Positions 60,792-64,000 of a stretch of DNA of 64,000 nt are shown here, one piece after another. Position 1 is the first letter of the stretch; the number at the start of each line of letters is the position of its first letter. The position numbers were made by a program, and so were the translations under genes. Where the stretch lies: IMG/VR virus record IMGVR_UViG_3300023687_000086; one strand, 5' to 3'. The notes under the pieces are model-generated. The model saw only the letters and a program-made list of their open reading frames with translations. It had not been told where the DNA came from and did not search any database. Origin of the DNA: an uncultured virus (IMG/VR IMGVR_UViG_3300023687_000086) (Duplodnaviria; Heunggongvirae; Uroviricota; Caudoviricetes).

Positions 60792-62048
60792 TTACTCCAT
60801 TGCTAAAGAATAAATAGGGTTGTACTCAATATCTACATACTGTTTTGCGCTACTCTGAGTGTATGTCTTTCCAGATTCGCTCTTATAAATTGGAGTCAAC
60901 TCTATGGCAATAGAGCTAAATCTTTCCATAGAACGTGTTGCATTATTATAAATGAATGTTGCACTTCCGGAACCAGCAGCAGCGATTACGCCCTCTCGTT
61001 TACCATTAACGGTTTTAACGCTAAGGTCAATATCTATCTGGTTGGTCGTTGGATTTACAGTAACTTCTTGTGGAGAGCAAAGTGCAAATTGACCTTCATC
61101 GTCAACATAGTATACTGTTGCCATGTATCGTTGCGGATTATTAGTCATAACCTTTCCATCGCCACGAGTCCAACTATTGGTTCCTGTCGCTCCTGTCATA
61201 AGTACGTTTGCATTCGCATTATATTGTGCTTCTGGCGTTAAACTAAAGTTACCAGAATACGTAAACGACTCAATCATCGGGATCTCTTTTTTGACTCTAG
61301 AAATCACTTCTCCACATTCGCAATAAGAGACCTCATCATAAGATCCAGCTTTTGCGGTCGTTGCAGCAACCTCGTTCTCCTTTTCGGTTCTAACTACTTT
61401 GTGAACATGGAGCTTTGGTATTTCCTTTTTGGTTCGAGACATTTCCTTTCCGCAATCACAATATTCAACCTCATCATATGAACCTGTTGCCGTCTCTGTT
61501 GCTGGCACCTCATTTTCCATTACAGTCATAGCAACCGAATGAGTGTGCTTTACTGTTGGTTCCACCAACTTGAACTTATAATTTGCCGTACCAGTATAGG
61601 TACCAGTTTTTACACCATCGAAGTCGCATCTTGTAATACCGGTAATCGATTGCCAATCCTTGGATAATACAGATTCACCTTCATGCTCTCCAAATACGTA
61701 CTCATGGTTCTTCTCGCCAGCCGGCACTTGTCCGATATAGTTCTCTAATACGAGCTTGTCACCGGACTCACTTGTTACATCGATATCTCCGGTCTCTAAT
61801 TTAAGCACCTTATCCGGCACCTCTCCGCACACCTGAATCTCGTAATCGTCTTTATATGACACGCTTTCTTCGTCATACTCAAGGTCGATTGCAGCAGGCA
61901 GCTTTACCTGGTACCAATGTTTGATTTCCAATTTTGTTGGAACCGAACCACTGGTTGGATTGACGACACTTGCAGCACTGGCGCCAATCGTCTGTCCTAA
62001 AACAGCAACGGACATAGCAATTAGTGGAAGGATGTTCTTTTTTCTCAT
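60792..62048 (-). CDS. Secreted protein with WxL-like N-domain and two His/Cys repeats
   Basis: Signal peptide; H.H...ENEV.AT....GSYDEV.YC.CG repeated twice. Confidence 0.7.
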   Translation of the reverse strand: MRKKNILPLIAMSVAVLGQTIGASAASVVNPTSGSVPTKLEIKHWYQVKLPAAIDLEYDEESVSYKDDYEIQVCGEVPDKVLKLETGDIDVTSESGDKLVLENYIGQVPAGEKNHEYVFGEHEGESVLSKDWQSITGITRCDFDGVKTGTYTGTANYKFKLVEPTVKHTHSVAMTVMENEVPATETATGSYDEVEYCDCGKEMSRTKKEIPKLHVHKVVRTEKENEVAATTAKAGSYDEVSYCECGEVISRVKKEIPMIESFTYSGNFSLTPEAQYNANANVLMTGATGTNSWTRGDGKVMTNNPQRYMATVYYVDDEGQFALCSPQEVTVNPTTNQIDIDLSVKTVNGKREGVIAAAGSGSATFIYNNATRSMERFSSIAIELTPIYKSESGKTYTQSSAKQYVDIEYNPIYSLAME

Positions 62049-62179
62049 CCCAATACCTCATATATAGATTTTTGCACGCTTAGATGCATACAATTAAATA
62101 TGGTATGAAAATTAGGCGCCAAAAGCGCAAAAAAAAATACACCCAACATAGTTGAGTGTATTTATGCTATTACATCATT

Positions 62180-62407
62180 TTACGCAGCCTTTGAATAATC
62201 GATAATAGAGATTTCTTGAAAAACATTCTTCGCTGCGGATACAATTTCTTCCAAACGTTCGGATACTTCATCACTAAAGGTGACTTCTCCACATACTTGG
62301 CATTCAAGACAAGGCACGTTCCGAACAACTATGATGCATCCATTGTATTCCACTGTAAAAGTAGTAAGTGTATGGACTTTATTGTCCCCAAAACAAGCAT
62401 TACACAT
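62180..62407 (-). CDS. YgiT/MqsA-type zinc-finger antitoxin-like protein
   Basis: MCNAC...VRNVPCLECQVCGE. Confidence 0.8.
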   Translation of the reverse strand: MCNACFGDNKVHTLTTFTVEYNGCIIVVRNVPCLECQVCGEVTFSDEVSERLEEIVSAAKNVFQEISIIDYSKAA

Positions 62408-62409
62408 AG

Positions 62410-62745
62410 CTATTTCTCCTTTCTTGTCTTATAATCCTGTTCCCAGTGTTCCATATCTGGCCGATATGCGGAAATGATAATGATTTTCCGCTCATTAAAT
62501 CCAACAACAACATGTATTGCTCCATTTTCTTGAATATCAATCCATAATATCAAACATGATGGAAATGAGCCGTCGTGCACGTTATCCGCATCAAGAGGAT
62601 AGTCTTCAATTATTTCGCCATGAAGAATACAGTTAGCTATATCATTTCTTGAAATATTCCTTTCAAGCATTCTTTTCTGGCAATGAACCGTGTACTCCAC
62701 AGGAATCCCTGATGTAAAAGCATCTCGCAGTTCTTTAATGTCCAT
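62410..62745 (-). CDS. DUF4258 toxin-like protein
   Basis: YTVHCQKRMLERNI...GEIIEDYP...IHVV...ISAYRPD...W. Confidence 0.8.
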   Translation of the reverse strand: MDIKELRDAFTSGIPVEYTVHCQKRMLERNISRNDIANCILHGEIIEDYPLDADNVHDGSFPSCLILWIDIQENGAIHVVVGFNERKIIIISAYRPDMEHWEQDYKTRKEK

Positions 62746-62869
62746 ATTGCTAATTCCTTCTCACTTTTATTTATTCCAAGTTAGAGAAAGTCCACGAAGG
62801 ACTCTCTCTATTCTCTCAAAAGAGAATCCTTCTTGGTAAGGATATTATAGCACGTTTTGAAGATTCAAA

Positions 62870-64000
62870 CTATACTAGTTCTTCTTCCTCATCGGCCCAA
62901 TTCTGCTCTGCAGACTTACCGTTGATAAGAACCTCAGCCTCTAATCCATCGGACTGCTTACACAAGAACGATGCGGTTACCGGAACTTCGACATCCTCTC
63001 CGGCCTCGTATCTCGCAACCACATCATCCAGTAATTCAAGAGCCATCTGAACGGTTCGTTCGGTTGTGATCTCTGTTTTTCCTGAACCAGGAGGCGCATC
63101 TACGATACCGGTGCCGGCACGATAATTGGTAACTACCTGCTGATACTCATCCTGCTGAATAGATCCACGAGCTTTTAAGGTTCCGGTCTCTTCATCAGAA
63201 TCAGCAAGAATTGGTGGCTCCTTGAAGTAACAAGAGATATAGTTCGGACAACCCTTACAATCAGTCTCTTCCTTCAAATCACACTTTTCGTAACCGGTTG
63301 CATACTTCTCGAGCAACTCTCGGAACTTCTTGTCCAGATCGTTATCCGGGAACCGAGCATCGTTTGCCATCTTTGTGTACACTTCTTCTTGGCGTCTAAT
63401 AGCCTTCGTGTCAGCAAAATAATCCTCAATTTCGTACGTCTTACCAGACTTGTCCGTGTCTTTACGTAAAAAGTAATACGTAGCCTTAATATCGATACTC
63501 TGGTTTGGCAACAAAAAAGTATCTGCATACTTACGAAGTGCGTGACGCATTACATGAAGCCACATATCAGTCTGTGGGTTGCTCTGTCCTCTTAACGTCT
63601 CGGAAATATCCGGACGGCCTTTACGAAGGATAGCACCTTCTAAGACACCAATATGCATTGGTTTATCGGTTTTGATAATATCTTTTCGAATCCAAGTAAA
63701 CCGGACCTCAATATCATCATCATCAATAAAGTGCGTTCCATCCGCAGCATCGATGAAGTCCGTTAGGTCCAAATAAATCGGATCTTCCGGTACAAACACG
63801 GCCTGCTTCTCTGGATCTGGATTTCCGTATGGCCAGCAGAACGAATTAATGAATCGGTATAAGCACTTAGAAAGTACGTTTACAGCTGCATCCTGAATCT
63901 CAGAAATATCATCTACATTCTCATCACTATAAGATATAGATACATCTTCCTTGATTTCATCAACAGATTGCGGGTCATATTCACCCTTAATAAACGCTTC
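62870..64000 (-). CDS. Nuclease-like Cys-cluster domain fused to N-terminal fragment of UvrD-type helicase (5-prime truncated by window edge)
   Basis: Frame open to 64000; C..(7)..CxxC....C cluster, then QDEYQQVV...IVDAPPGSGKT Walker A, then acidic tail and stop. Confidence 0.7.
   Translation of the reverse strand, partial: EAFIKGEYDPQSVDEIKEDVSISYSDENVDDISEIQDAAVNVLSKCLYRFINSFCWPYGNPDPEKQAVFVPEDPIYLDLTDFIDAADGTHFIDDDDIEVRFTWIRKDIIKTDKPMHIGVLEGAILRKGRPDISETLRGQSNPQTDMWLHVMRHALRKYADTFLLPNQSIDIKATYYFLRKDTDKSGKTYEIEDYFADTKAIRRQEEVYTKMANDARFPDNDLDKKFRELLEKYATGYEKCDLKEETDCKGCPNYISCYFKEPPILADSDEETGTLKARGSIQQDEYQQVVTNYRAGTGIVDAPPGSGKTEITTERTVQMALELLDDVVARYEAGEDVEVPVTASFLCKQSDGLEAEVLINGKSAEQNWADEEEELV

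Noticed and set aside
62870..63040. Split intein joining the helicase halves
   Set aside because: No intein N-terminal block after motif I and no His-Asn/Cys-Ser-Thr junction in the leader of the 4678-6729 product
6650..63070. 56-kb excisable element (skin-like) interrupting the helicase
   Set aside because: No direct repeat seen at the two break regions, no integrase inside, and the C-terminal half has its own expression signals
434..63776. Many short antisense or alternative-frame ORFs in the six-frame track (e.g. 434-691, 14139-14528, 28299-28823, 56661-56972)
   Set aside because: They overlap well-supported genes, lack RBS and show no protein motifs

Overview
Segment of a large, low-GC Firmicutes (Lachnospiraceae/Butyrivibrio-like by gene style; inferred) extrachromosomal replicon, either a megaplasmid or a jumbo-phage-like element. 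Almost all genes are on the minus strand. It carries its own DNA and nucleotide metabolism (ligA, primase-like, SSB-like, SF1 and SF2 helicases, nrdD/nrdG, thyA, folD, dut, dNMP kinase, HAD nucleotidase, DNA methylase), two ADP-ribose removal enzymes, three toxin-antitoxin-type pairs, a HipA-like kinase, a VirD4-like protein, surface proteins, a membrane-tethered ECF sigma factor and one IS110. No rRNA, tRNA, cas or virion genes were recognised. Highlights not explained by the gene list: (1) an orphan array of 36-nt repeats and 30-nt spacers (66-nt period) at about 53.45-53.81 kb; (2) a UvrD-type helicase split between motif I (62.9-64 kb) and motif Ia (4.7-6.7 kb), 56 kb apart; (3) about 40 copies of a terminator/CATATTTAA module separating gene cassettes, with one near-identical duplication flanking the hipA-like gene; (4) five copies of a 34-bp 14+8+12 motif; (5) an IS110 inserted in an RBS, with a junction promoter and a readable bridge-RNA-like left end; (6) a 7-repeat HTH-array endonuclease. 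All product calls come from motif recognition by eye, not database searches.
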